A stretch of DNA of 64,000 nucleotides from contig CAZBBO010000015.1 of NCBI GenBank assembly GCA_964490345.1, positions 1,971 to 65,970 of the forward strand. The letters run 5' to 3'. The first letter of the stretch is position 1; every line of letters begins with the position of its first letter. The translations under genes and the position numbers were made by a program. Origin of the DNA: an uncultured Ferruginibacter sp. GTDB lineage: Bacteria; Bacteroidota; Bacteroidia; Chitinophagales; Chitinophagaceae. Under the pieces are notes generated by a model. That model worked only from the letters and a program-made list of their open reading frames with translations. It was not told the DNA's origin and did not search any database. Below, in pieces: positions 29,039-38,201 of the stretch.

Positions 29039-29108
29039 CAAATAACTATGTGATAATCAAGAGAAAATTTGTTTATTAACAATTAAATATTAATAAAGAA
29101 AGAAATTA

Positions 29109-30224
29109 ATGATAGGAAAGGACAAAGATACGGCTAATTTAATCACAACTAATTGGTTATCAAATAAAGTTATGGTATGGAATGATGCTGAAAACACCCG
29201 TCAGATGCCCTGGAAAGGAGAAAAAAATCCATATTTTATTTGGCTAAGCGAAATAATTCTCCAACAAACAAGGGTTGAGCAGGGGCTGGCATATTATCGC
29301 CGATTTATTTATTATTTCCCTAATGTAAGAAAATTGGCTTCTGCAGATGAAAAAAAACTAATGAAATTATGGGAGGGTTTAGGGTATTATTCTAGATGCA
29401 GAAATCTGCATAAGGCAGCAAAAATTATTGTAGCTGATTACCATGGAATTTTTCCTACAAACTATGAGGATATTTTAAAACTACCGGGTGTGGGGCCATA
29501 TACGGCTGCGGCAATTTCATCTTTTGCTTATAATGAACCTTATGCTGTTGTAGATGGAAATGTGGTTAGGGTTTTATCCCGCTTTTTTGGTTCTTATAAA
29601 AGTATAAATACTACCGTTGGTAAAAGGTGGTTTGGAGAGCTGGCACAGCGATTGTTACCGAAAAAAAAGGCAGGATTGTACAATCAGGCTATTATGGACC
29701 TTGGTGCTGTAATTTGTAAACCCCTTAAACCACAGTGTGAAATTTGTCCGTTACAGAAAAAATGTATTGCATTTCTATTAGGGAAGCAGCAGGAATTTCC
29801 AGTAAAAAAGAAAAGGGTGCGAAAAAGACAACGATGGTTTAGCTTTCTAATATTGATTAAGGATGGGAAAGTATTGATACAAAAGAGAGTAGATAATGAT
29901 ATTTGGAAAGGGTTGTATCAATTTCCGATTTATGAAACCTCTTCATTAGTTCCTGTAGCCCAATTAAATAAAAGGTTAGCTAAGGATGGCCTACAAATAA
30001 AGTTGGGAAAGGTTGCTTTTTCTGCATCGCAAAATTTAACACATCAAATTATTCATGGCAGGTTTTATATTTTATCGGTTACCCAATCTTTCAATGGTAT
30101 TAATGGTGAATGGTTAACGCCAAGGGCGGCAGCAAAAAGAGCATTCCCCAAAATGCCGGCTATTTTTTTGAATAATTTGGGATGTGTAAATGGTAAGTTT
30201 GATGGTTCTTTTTCTAATAAATAG
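29109..30224 (+). CDS. mutY: A/G-specific adenine DNA glycosylase
   Basis: 371 aa. PYFIWLSEIILQQTRV, HhH-GPD (LPGVGPYTAAAI), Fe-S cluster loop C-x6-C-x2-C-x5-C (CKPLKPQCEICPLQKKC) and a NUDIX-like C-terminal domain. Confidence 0.9.
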   Translation: MIGKDKDTANLITTNWLSNKVMVWNDAENTRQMPWKGEKNPYFIWLSEIILQQTRVEQGLAYYRRFIYYFPNVRKLASADEKKLMKLWEGLGYYSRCRNLHKAAKIIVADYHGIFPTNYEDILKLPGVGPYTAAAISSFAYNEPYAVVDGNVVRVLSRFFGSYKSINTTVGKRWFGELAQRLLPKKKAGLYNQAIMDLGAVICKPLKPQCEICPLQKKCIAFLLGKQQEFPVKKKRVRKRQRWFSFLILIKDGKVLIQKRVDNDIWKGLYQFPIYETSSLVPVAQLNKRLAKDGLQIKLGKVAFSASQNLTHQIIHGRFYILSVTQSFNGINGEWLTPRAAAKRAFPKMPAIFLNNLGCVNGKFDGSFSNK

Positions 30225-30269
30225 TATCTTTAGCAAAGTAGGCAGGACGAATCAACAAATTAAAATAAA

Positions 30270-30695
30270 ATGAGAGGTGTAAATAGGGTTGTGCTTATTG
30301 GAAATTTAGGTAAGGACCCCGATATACAGTTTTTAGAAGGTAACATTGCTGTTGCTAAGTTTTCACTTGCCACTACGGAAACACATAAAGACAGGAATGG
30401 TAAGTTAATATCTCAAACAGAATGGCATACTGTGGTGTTATGGCGTGGGCTGGCTGAACTAGCTCAGAAATATCTTCATCGAGGGAGTTTGGTTTATATT
30501 GAAGGAAGACTTAAAACCCGCAGTTGGGAAGACAAGGAAGGAAATAAAAAATTTGCCACTGAAATTGTAGGTGATAATTTAATTATGTTGGATAAGAGAA
30601 CAGATGGTGCCGGTGGTAACCCTGAAGGTCAGGATGATACACCAACCGATGACCCGCGTCCGTTTGATGAAGGAATAGATAAAACATCTTACTAA
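30270..30695 (+). CDS. ssb: Single-stranded DNA-binding protein
   Basis: 141 aa. OB fold (NRVVLIGNLGKDP...TEWHTVVLWRGLAE) and a Gly/Asp-rich tail. Confidence 0.9.
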   Translation: MRGVNRVVLIGNLGKDPDIQFLEGNIAVAKFSLATTETHKDRNGKLISQTEWHTVVLWRGLAELAQKYLHRGSLVYIEGRLKTRSWEDKEGNKKFATEIVGDNLIMLDKRTDGAGGNPEGQDDTPTDDPRPFDEGIDKTSY

Positions 30696-30733
30696 ATTGC
30701 CGTAGTTCTTTATTGTTCACAAAATAAACCACC

Positions 30734-32065
30734 TTGGACTATCATTCGGCTTTAAACATTCCGGTATTTCCATTACTCGTTACTGTTGCAGCTACCACCA
30801 TACTATTGGTGTTACTTGCTCTTTTATTAGCAATATCTTTTCTTGTTTCAGGAAGTGAAGTGGCATTTTTTTCTTTAACCACAAAAGATTTGAATGTATT
30901 AAAAACAAAAAGGAAGCCGGCTTTCAGACGGATTGTTTATTTGATGGAGCAGCCAAAAACATTGCTTGCATCCATGATAATAATGGGCGCCTTTTTAAAT
31001 TTAGGAATTATCATAACCGGAAATATTTTACTTACAGATGCATTTGCCGGTTTAGCATTGAATTTTTGGCCGGAGTTTTTTATAAAATTAATCCTTTTAG
31101 TTTTTTTGGTAGTGTTGTTTGCTGAAATTTTGCCTAAGGTGTGGGCTACACATCATAAAGTTTGGTTTGCTGCTACCGCCTCTTTATTAATTGAAGTATT
31201 TAATAGTTTATTGTACCGGTTGAGTAATAGGATGGTTAGATTAGGAGATAGAATAGAAAAGCGTGTAAAGGCCAGAAATCCATTAGTGTCTGAAAAAAAT
31301 AATATTGATGACGCAATTGATTTGTTACCTGATCATGAAGCAACTCAGGAGGAAAAACAAATATTAAAAGGGATTTATAAGTTTGGCGATACTACTGTTA
31401 AACAAATTATGCGTACACGCCTTGATGTTAGCGGCATTGATATAGAAAGTAGTTTTTCTGTGGTAAAAAAAACTGTTCTTGACCTTAACTATTCCAGGCT
31501 TCCGGTATATGAAAACAATCTTGATGAAATAAAAGGGATGTTACATACAAAGGATCTATTACCACATTTAGATCAACCTGATTCTTTTGATTGGAGGGAG
31601 TTAATGCGCATACCCAAGTTTGTGCATGAAAGAAAGTTAATTATGGATTTACTTCAGGAGTTTCGCGCATCACGTAAACATTTTGCTATAGTGGTTGACG
31701 AGTTTGGAGGAACATCAGGTATAGTTACCTTAGAAGATATTATGGAGGAAGTAATAGGAGAAATTGAGGATGAATTTGATGATGAACAAAGCGGTAATGT
31801 GAAAATTGATGATAATAATTATATTTTCGAAGGAAGAACAATGATTCATGACGTATGTAGAGTGATGAAACTGGCTCCAGACACATTTGAAGGGGTTAGA
31901 GGCGATAGTGATTCACTTGCTGGACTTGTGTTGGAAATTGCAGGAGAGTTTCCTCAAATTAATGAAAAAGTGGTAAGTGGTGATTTTACATTTATGCCTT
32001 TAGAAATAAATAAAAATCGGATTGATAAAGTGAAGGTTACGGTTAAGCCTTCCTTTATAGATTAA
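30734..32065 (+). CDS. gldE: Gliding motility protein GldE (DUF21-CBS-CorC/HlyC family)
   Basis: 443 aa with TTG start (in-frame stop 6 nt upstream). TM DUF21 region, CBS pair and CorC C-terminal domain. The conserved mutY-ssb-gldE-gldD order is known from Flavobacterium. Confidence 0.8.
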   Translation: MDYHSALNIPVFPLLVTVAATTILLVLLALLLAISFLVSGSEVAFFSLTTKDLNVLKTKRKPAFRRIVYLMEQPKTLLASMIIMGAFLNLGIIITGNILLTDAFAGLALNFWPEFFIKLILLVFLVVLFAEILPKVWATHHKVWFAATASLLIEVFNSLLYRLSNRMVRLGDRIEKRVKARNPLVSEKNNIDDAIDLLPDHEATQEEKQILKGIYKFGDTTVKQIMRTRLDVSGIDIESSFSVVKKTVLDLNYSRLPVYENNLDEIKGMLHTKDLLPHLDQPDSFDWRELMRIPKFVHERKLIMDLLQEFRASRKHFAIVVDEFGGTSGIVTLEDIMEEVIGEIEDEFDDEQSGNVKIDDNNYIFEGRTMIHDVCRVMKLAPDTFEGVRGDSDSLAGLVLEIAGEFPQINEKVVSGDFTFMPLEINKNRIDKVKVTVKPSFID

Positions 32066-32721
32066 TGAATACTATGAAAAAACCAACTGTTATCTTGCTT
32101 TGTACATTATTTTTTATAGCATGTAATGATGTTTACACCTCTAAGAAAAGAGGATATTTTCATATAAATTTGCCGGCACATCAGTATCGTTCTTTTAATC
32201 GTGCTGGTTTTCCATATACTTTTGAATATCCGGTATATGCACAAATTACACAAGACAGTACTTATTTTGATACTAAACCCGAAAATGATTATTGGGTGAA
32301 CATTGACTTTCCACAATTTGGGGCTAAGATATATTTGAGTTATAAAATTATTGGTGGGAAGGCTAGTTATAAAATCAAACAACCCGATGGTTCCTACCGC
32401 GATTCTGTGGGTGTTAATGTATTTGATTTAATGGTTAATGATGCTTTTAATTTAACAAATAAGAATGAAGTAGTGGCTACTTCAATACGGGACAGCCTTT
32501 TTAGAAATCCGTTTGGTGTAACCGGGATATCCTTTAAAGTAGGTGGAAATGCAGCTACAGCACGCCAATTTTTTGTAAGTGATACTACACATAACTTTTT
32601 GCGTGGTGCTTTATATTTTAATGCAACACCTAATGCAGATTCATTAAAACCGGTGCAGGATTTTTTACAAGCTGATGTAGATAAATTGATTAATTCTTTT
32701 CGTTGGGTAAAACCTCAATAG
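32065..32721 (+). CDS. gldD: Gliding motility lipoprotein GldD
   Basis: 218 aa. Lipobox LFFIAC, KRGYFHINLP block, TAATG overlap with gldE. Confidence 0.75.
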   Translation: MNTMKKPTVILLCTLFFIACNDVYTSKKRGYFHINLPAHQYRSFNRAGFPYTFEYPVYAQITQDSTYFDTKPENDYWVNIDFPQFGAKIYLSYKIIGGKASYKIKQPDGSYRDSVGVNVFDLMVNDAFNLTNKNEVVATSIRDSLFRNPFGVTGISFKVGGNAATARQFFVSDTTHNFLRGALYFNATPNADSLKPVQDFLQADVDKLINSFRWVKPQ

Positions 32722-32772
32722 TTTTTTAGGTAATTATTGTAAATCCAGCCTGCCATTGCTTACTTTTGCGCC

Positions 32773-33357
32773 ATGATTGCTATTGAACATGCGTTGTTAA
32801 GCGACCAGATTCTAACGGAGCAATTTGTTTGTGATTTATCTAAGTGTAAAGGAGCGTGTTGTGTGGATGGAGATGCAGGAGCGCCGTTAGAGAAGGATGA
32901 GTTAGAGATTTTAGATGACATCTATGAAAAGGTGGAACCTTATTTGGACACAGCGGGTAAGGCAGAAATAGAAAAGCAAGGGAGATATGTCTATAATAAA
33001 GAATTTGGTTGGGTTACTCCTACCATAAACACTTCTATTTGTGCCTATGGGTTTAAAGATGAGCATGGAATTGTAAAGTGTGCGATTGAGCAGGCCTATT
33101 TGGATAAGAAGATTAAATTTAAAAAACCTATTAGTTGCCATCTCTTCCCTGTAATTGTAAAAAAAAGTAAAAGAAGTGAAACAGAATATGTTAACTATGA
33201 GCCTCGTGAAGATCATTGTAAACCGGCTTGTTCATTAGGTAAGAAACTAAAAGTTCCGGTTTATCAATTTTTAAAAGAACCACTGATAAGGAAATTTGGG
33301 AAAAGTTTTTACAACGCTCTTGAAGCTACTGCTTCACATGTAAATATAAAAAAATGA
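32773..33357 (+). CDS. DUF3109-family Cys-rich protein
   Basis: 194 aa. FVCDLSKCKGACCVDGDAGAPL N-terminal signature and further Cys (CAYG, CHLFP, CKPAC). Confidence 0.65.
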   Translation: MIAIEHALLSDQILTEQFVCDLSKCKGACCVDGDAGAPLEKDELEILDDIYEKVEPYLDTAGKAEIEKQGRYVYNKEFGWVTPTINTSICAYGFKDEHGIVKCAIEQAYLDKKIKFKKPISCHLFPVIVKKSKRSETEYVNYEPREDHCKPACSLGKKLKVPVYQFLKEPLIRKFGKSFYNALEATASHVNIKK

Positions 33358-34169
33358 GAAAAGTAAATATTGTATTATTCATTGCACTACTTGGTGTTTG
33401 TTTTGTTGGATGCTCGGTAAACAGTGCAAAGATTGATAATGAACTTAAAAAGTATTTCGACTCTCGCAATGCTGACGGATGTTTTACGATGTTAGATAAT
33501 ACCAATAGTAAGGTAACGGTGTACAATATGGAGTTAGATACCATGCGGTTTAGCCCGGTGTCCACTTTTGATGTGTTCACTTCATTGGTTGGTTTGGAAA
33601 CCGGTAAGGTGGTAAATGACAGTATGATTATTAGGTGGGATGGGGTAAGAAGGCCGGTTAAAGAATGGAATCGTAGCCTGAATATGCGTGATGCATTTAA
33701 AGTGGGGAGTGTTCCTTATTTTCAAGAAGTTGTACGTAGAATAGGGATAGATACCATGAAATTATTTATTGATTCGGTAGGCTATGGCAATAAAATGATT
33801 GTAGAACCAATAGATTCGTTTTGGTTAAATAATTCATTGAAAATTTCACCCGATGAACAACTAGGCCTGATGAAAAAAATGTACTTTGATCAATTACCCT
33901 TTAGAAAAAGTGTACAGCAAAGCCTTCGGGAAATGATGCTTCAAGAAGATAATACAACCTATAAGTTTAGTTATAAAACAGGAGAAAGCCTTGGAGAGGA
34001 TGGAGTAAAAACCGGCTGGGTTATTGGATGGGTTGAAGAAAATAATCACCCCTACTTTTTTGTTACGCTTGTGCGCATAAAGGATGAAACAGCGGATTTG
34101 AAATCGAGCCAAATAAACATCACCCGCGATATTCTAAAACACCTTGGGTTTTTTGAAGGGAAAAAGTAA
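33354..34169 (+). CDS. Class D beta-lactamase / BlaR1-sensor-like lipoprotein with altered active site
   Basis: 271 aa. Lipobox CFVGC. Aligns by eye to OXA enzymes: SPVSTFDVF..GLETG (S-T-F-D instead of S-T-F-K), FWL (Trp154 region), YKTG (K-T-G) and GWVIGWVE. Confidence 0.7.
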   Translation: MRKVNIVLFIALLGVCFVGCSVNSAKIDNELKKYFDSRNADGCFTMLDNTNSKVTVYNMELDTMRFSPVSTFDVFTSLVGLETGKVVNDSMIIRWDGVRRPVKEWNRSLNMRDAFKVGSVPYFQEVVRRIGIDTMKLFIDSVGYGNKMIVEPIDSFWLNNSLKISPDEQLGLMKKMYFDQLPFRKSVQQSLREMMLQEDNTTYKFSYKTGESLGEDGVKTGWVIGWVEENNHPYFFVTLVRIKDETADLKSSQINITRDILKHLGFFEGKK

Positions 34170-34224
34170 TCCGCATAGAGTTTAACAAAACGGCAGTGTG
34201 ATTATTCTTTAATTTGCTGCAGGT

Positions 34225-35832
34225 ATGTTTAATTTTCAACACCCTCACTATTTGTGGATGCTGGCAGTAGTGCCTGTATTGGTGTTGTTGTTTATTGTGC
34301 TACTACAATATAAAAAAGATGCCGCAGCAAAAATTGGAGATCCTGCACAAGTTATCCTACTGACTCGCTTTTTTCATCCAGGCAAATTTCAATTAAAATT
34401 TATTTTATTATTAGCTACCGTGGTATGCCTTGTGATAGCACTGGCAAACCCTCGAAGTATCAAAAGCGTTCGTACATTGAATCGTACCGGTATTGATTTA
34501 GTTATTGCATTAGATGTAAGTAATAGTATGCTTGCAGAAGACATCAGCCCTAATCGGTTAGAGCGGGCCAGACAAATCTTGTTTAAATTACTACCGGAAT
34601 TAAATAATAATCGTGTTGGTTTAATTGTGTTTGCAGGCAAAGCGTACTTGCAAATGCCAATTACCGCCGACCTCTCTGCAGCTAAGATGTACATATCTTC
34701 TGCATCTCCGGCATCTGTATCCACTCAAGGAACAGTAATTGGTGAAGCACTTCGTATAGCCGGTTTGTCTTTTAATCCTAATGATAAGAAGTATAAAAGT
34801 GTTTTACTAATGACTGATGGTGAAGCCCACGATAATGATGCCATAGAGAATGCAAAGAAGTTAGCATCGCATGGAACAATAATTAATGTAGTTGGATTTG
34901 GCTCCCACATAGGTACAACAATAAAGAACAATAATGCGGGTGGTATTAGGTTAGATGAATTTGGGAGGCCCGTAATTACAAAATTAAATGAAGGCTTATT
35001 GCGTCAAATTGCATTTGCAGGAAATGGTATTTACTTGCATTATACTTCCACCGATAAAGTAGTAAAAGCCCTGGTTAAAGAGATTCATGCTATGCCGCAG
35101 CGGAAAATTACGGATGACTCATTGAATAATTATGCAAATTTATTTCAATGGTTTGCTTCTATTGCGCTAATCCTGTTGGTGGTGGAATCGTTAATAAGTG
35201 AAAAGAGAAAAAATAGCAGCAACATGAAACCAGGGAGTTTAATGACATTGATGGTATTTATGGGAATTACAGTGTTTGGTCAAAGTGAAAAGTCCATTGT
35301 TGATGAAGGTAATAAGGCTTTTTATAAAAACCACTTCTCACAGGCCATTAAGTTATATCAAAATGCAGAAAGTAAGGGTGAAAACTTTATTACTCCATTG
35401 AATTTAGGTAATGCATTGTATAAAAATAAACAGCCGGATGATGCACAGGAGGCTTATAATAGAGCCTTACAACAAGCAAAGAAGCCATTAGACAAATCTG
35501 AAATTTATTTTAATAAAGGAGTTGTTTATCAAAATAACAAGCGTATTCAGGAGTGTGTTGAGGCCTATAAAAATGCGCTGAGGATTAACCCTCGAGACGA
35601 ACAGGCGCGGCAAAATCTTCAACATGCTTTGCGTGTATTACAACAAGCCAACCAGAAGCCTCAGCAACAAAATAATAATAAAGAACAGGAAGTGCGCGGA
35701 GCTAATTCGAAAATGACGAAACGGGAGGCAGAGGATAAATTAAAAGCCCTTCAACAGCAAGAGCAAAATCTTCATGAAAAACTTAAAAAGAATGATTTAC
35801 ACCAAAGTGCGTACCCTGAAAAAGATTGGTAA
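34225..35832 (+). CDS. vWA-domain membrane protein with C-terminal TPR region (BatB/BatC-like fusion)
   Basis: 535 aa. N-terminal TMs, MIDAS DLVIALDVSNSM, a further TM and TPR repeats, and a Gln/Lys-rich coiled tail. Confidence 0.7.
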   Translation: MFNFQHPHYLWMLAVVPVLVLLFIVLLQYKKDAAAKIGDPAQVILLTRFFHPGKFQLKFILLLATVVCLVIALANPRSIKSVRTLNRTGIDLVIALDVSNSMLAEDISPNRLERARQILFKLLPELNNNRVGLIVFAGKAYLQMPITADLSAAKMYISSASPASVSTQGTVIGEALRIAGLSFNPNDKKYKSVLLMTDGEAHDNDAIENAKKLASHGTIINVVGFGSHIGTTIKNNNAGGIRLDEFGRPVITKLNEGLLRQIAFAGNGIYLHYTSTDKVVKALVKEIHAMPQRKITDDSLNNYANLFQWFASIALILLVVESLISEKRKNSSNMKPGSLMTLMVFMGITVFGQSEKSIVDEGNKAFYKNHFSQAIKLYQNAESKGENFITPLNLGNALYKNKQPDDAQEAYNRALQQAKKPLDKSEIYFNKGVVYQNNKRIQECVEAYKNALRINPRDEQARQNLQHALRVLQQANQKPQQQNNNKEQEVRGANSKMTKREAEDKLKALQQQEQNLHEKLKKNDLHQSAYPEKDW

Positions 35833-35931
35833 TCCCTTATTTAGGTATTGAAAGATAATTGGATACCCGAAAAATCTTAAGTCTATAGCTCTATGTTTTT
35901 AATATCGTGTATGCGTTATTGTTATAGTCTT

Positions 35932-37962
35932 TTATAATTGCTTTTTCAAAAGCTGCGCATTTATAGCCACCACAATTGTGCTCATACTCATTAGTACGGC
36001 TCCCACAGCAGGGCTAAGTAAAATGTTCCAATTATATAAAATTCCTGCAGCAAGCGGAATGGCTAGAATGTTATAACCCGCAGCCCACCATAGGTTCTGA
36101 ATCATTTTATTATAAGTGGCTTTTCCAAATAAAATGAGGCTGGCTATGTCCATGGGATCAGAGTTCACTAAAATGATATCTGCCGTTTCGGCTGCAACAT
36201 CAGTGCCCGAACCTACTGCAATGCCAACATCTGCCTGTGCTAACGCGGGAGCATCATTTACTCCATCGCCAGTCATAGCCACAAATTCTCCTTTTTGCTG
36301 AAGTGCCTTCACCTTGTCTAATTTTTCATGAGGCAAAACATTTGCAATAAATCCATCCATTTTTAGCTCATCACTTACTTCTTTTGCTACCTTTTCATTA
36401 TCACCGGTTAGTAATAAATTTTTAATTCGTGCTCTTTTTAATTTTTGAATGGCTTCGAACGAGCTTTCTCTAATTTGGTCTGAAAATATAAAGTATCCTC
36501 CAATGATGTTGTCAATTAATAGATAAACAACAGTTCCGGAAGTTTCATGAAGACTTTCTGGAATTTTTATTTTTTGTGCTCTTAAATAGTTTGGTCCGGT
36601 TACCTTTATTTCCTTTCCTTCTACAATTCCTTCTAATCCTATTCCGGGGCTGTATTTGAAGTTTTCCGATTTTGGAATTTGGATGTTTAATTCATTGGCT
36701 TTTCGTAAAAAACCTGCAGCAATATAATGCTCAGAATGTTGTTCAATTCCGGATGCTAAACGAATTAATTCTGTTTCATTATAATGGGGATTTAAAACTT
36801 TTACCTCTTGTAACTCATGAGCTCCTTTTGTAAGTGTACCTGTTTTGTCAAATATGATGGTAGTAATTAATCTTGCATTTTCAAACGCAGTTCGGTTTCT
36901 AATTAATAGTCCTTTTTGAGCAGAGATTGATGTTGAAATGGCCACTACTAATGGAACAGCCAAACCCAAGGCATGTGGGCAGGAGATAATCATTACTGTT
37001 ACCATCCTTTCTAATGCAAAAACAAAAGGGAAGCCTAATAGCAACCATACAATTAGGGTGATTAGGCCTCCACCTAAGGCTATGAAGGTTAAAATTTTTG
37101 CCGCACGGTCTGCAAAATTTTGTGTTTTGGATTTTATTTTCTGAGCATCCGCTACCAACTTCACTATTTTATTAAGATAGCTATCTTTTCCTGTGCTGGT
37201 AACTTTTACACTAAGTGAGCCATTGCTATTTACTGCACCTCCAATTACTTTTTCCCCATGCTCTTTTTTAACCGGTTTACTTTCTCCCGTTAGCATACTT
37301 TCATCAACATAACTTTCCCCTTCAATGACTATTCCATCAATCGGAATTTTTTCACCCGGTTTAATTAACACCCTATCACCTATTTGCAAATTGCTCACCG
37401 GTATGTCATTTATTTGTCCATTCATAATATGGTGCGCTGTTGATGGCATCATTTTCACCAACATCTCTAATGAACGAGAGGCGCCCATTACGGATTTCAT
37501 TTCAAGATAATGTCCAAGAAGCATAATGTCTATAAGTGTTGCCATTTCCCAATAAAAGTCCATACCTCGCAACCCAAAAGTGATAGCTATACTGTAAGCC
37601 CAGGCAATAGAAATGGCTACACCAATGAGTGTCATCATACCAATTGCATTACTTCTTACCTCATTATAAAGCCCTTTTAAGAATGGGTGCCCACCGTAAA
37701 TAAAAATGAAGGTGGATAATACAGCTAAAAGATATTTATCTCCTGGGAAAGTAAATTGGTATCCCAACCATTGTTGAATCATGTGGGATAATGCTAATAC
37801 AGGAATTGAAATAATAGTACAGACGATAAATCGTTTCCAAAAATCTGCAGTATGGTGTCCGGCGTGTTTATCGTGCCCTCCTTCATGGTGTTCGGCATGC
37901 ATATTATGCATAGCATGCTCATGATTTGTATTTGTTTCGGATAATGTATTCGTATGATCCAT
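35932..37962 (-). CDS. copB: P1B-3 (CopB-like) heavy-metal P-type ATPase, His-rich N-terminus, CPH motif
   Basis: 676 aa. N-terminus HEHAMHNMHAEHHEGGHDKHAGHH, TGES, SCPHALGLAVP, DKTGTLT and GDGVNDAPAL. Confidence 0.85.
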   Translation of the reverse strand: MDHTNTLSETNTNHEHAMHNMHAEHHEGGHDKHAGHHTADFWKRFIVCTIISIPVLALSHMIQQWLGYQFTFPGDKYLLAVLSTFIFIYGGHPFLKGLYNEVRSNAIGMMTLIGVAISIAWAYSIAITFGLRGMDFYWEMATLIDIMLLGHYLEMKSVMGASRSLEMLVKMMPSTAHHIMNGQINDIPVSNLQIGDRVLIKPGEKIPIDGIVIEGESYVDESMLTGESKPVKKEHGEKVIGGAVNSNGSLSVKVTSTGKDSYLNKIVKLVADAQKIKSKTQNFADRAAKILTFIALGGGLITLIVWLLLGFPFVFALERMVTVMIISCPHALGLAVPLVVAISTSISAQKGLLIRNRTAFENARLITTIIFDKTGTLTKGAHELQEVKVLNPHYNETELIRLASGIEQHSEHYIAAGFLRKANELNIQIPKSENFKYSPGIGLEGIVEGKEIKVTGPNYLRAQKIKIPESLHETSGTVVYLLIDNIIGGYFIFSDQIRESSFEAIQKLKRARIKNLLLTGDNEKVAKEVSDELKMDGFIANVLPHEKLDKVKALQQKGEFVAMTGDGVNDAPALAQADVGIAVGSGTDVAAETADIILVNSDPMDIASLILFGKATYNKMIQNLWWAAGYNILAIPLAAGILYNWNILLSPAVGAVLMSMSTIVVAINAQLLKKQL

Positions 37963-38160
37963 GATTACACTTTATTTTTTTCTTAAAATATGATTATGAT
38001 GTGGATGTTTATCTTCTAATAGTTTACAATACTCATTTTATTGTGTACACATTAACAACAAGGGTACAACGATGATGCCATCTGCCTCAATTTATCAAAA
38101 ATCTTTTGTGTTTATGACACTAATAAGTACAATACTACATTGAAGTAGCCAAAAAGGAAT

Positions 38161-38168
38161 TAATTTTG
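38161..38168 (+). promoter_or_regulatory. -7 promoter box TAATTTTG (ATTG 18 nt upstream) for ispG
   Basis: TAnnTTTG match 33 nt before ATG 38202, with TTG at 38140-38142. Confidence 0.4.
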
Positions 38169-38201
38169 TAGCCTCAAATTGTTTTTGTTAATTTTTCATT
38201 T

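Noticed and set aside
38042-38051. Perfect palindrome TGTGTACACA in the copB/ispG divergent spacer, the related GTGTACAC just after porX (17020..17027), and a TACAATACT direct repeat (~38025 and ~38128). These are possible metalloregulator operators.
   Set aside because: Dozens of 10-bp palindromes are expected by chance in this window. The sequence does not match the CopY (TACAnnTGTA) or CueR-type boxes I know, and no regulator gene is adjacent.
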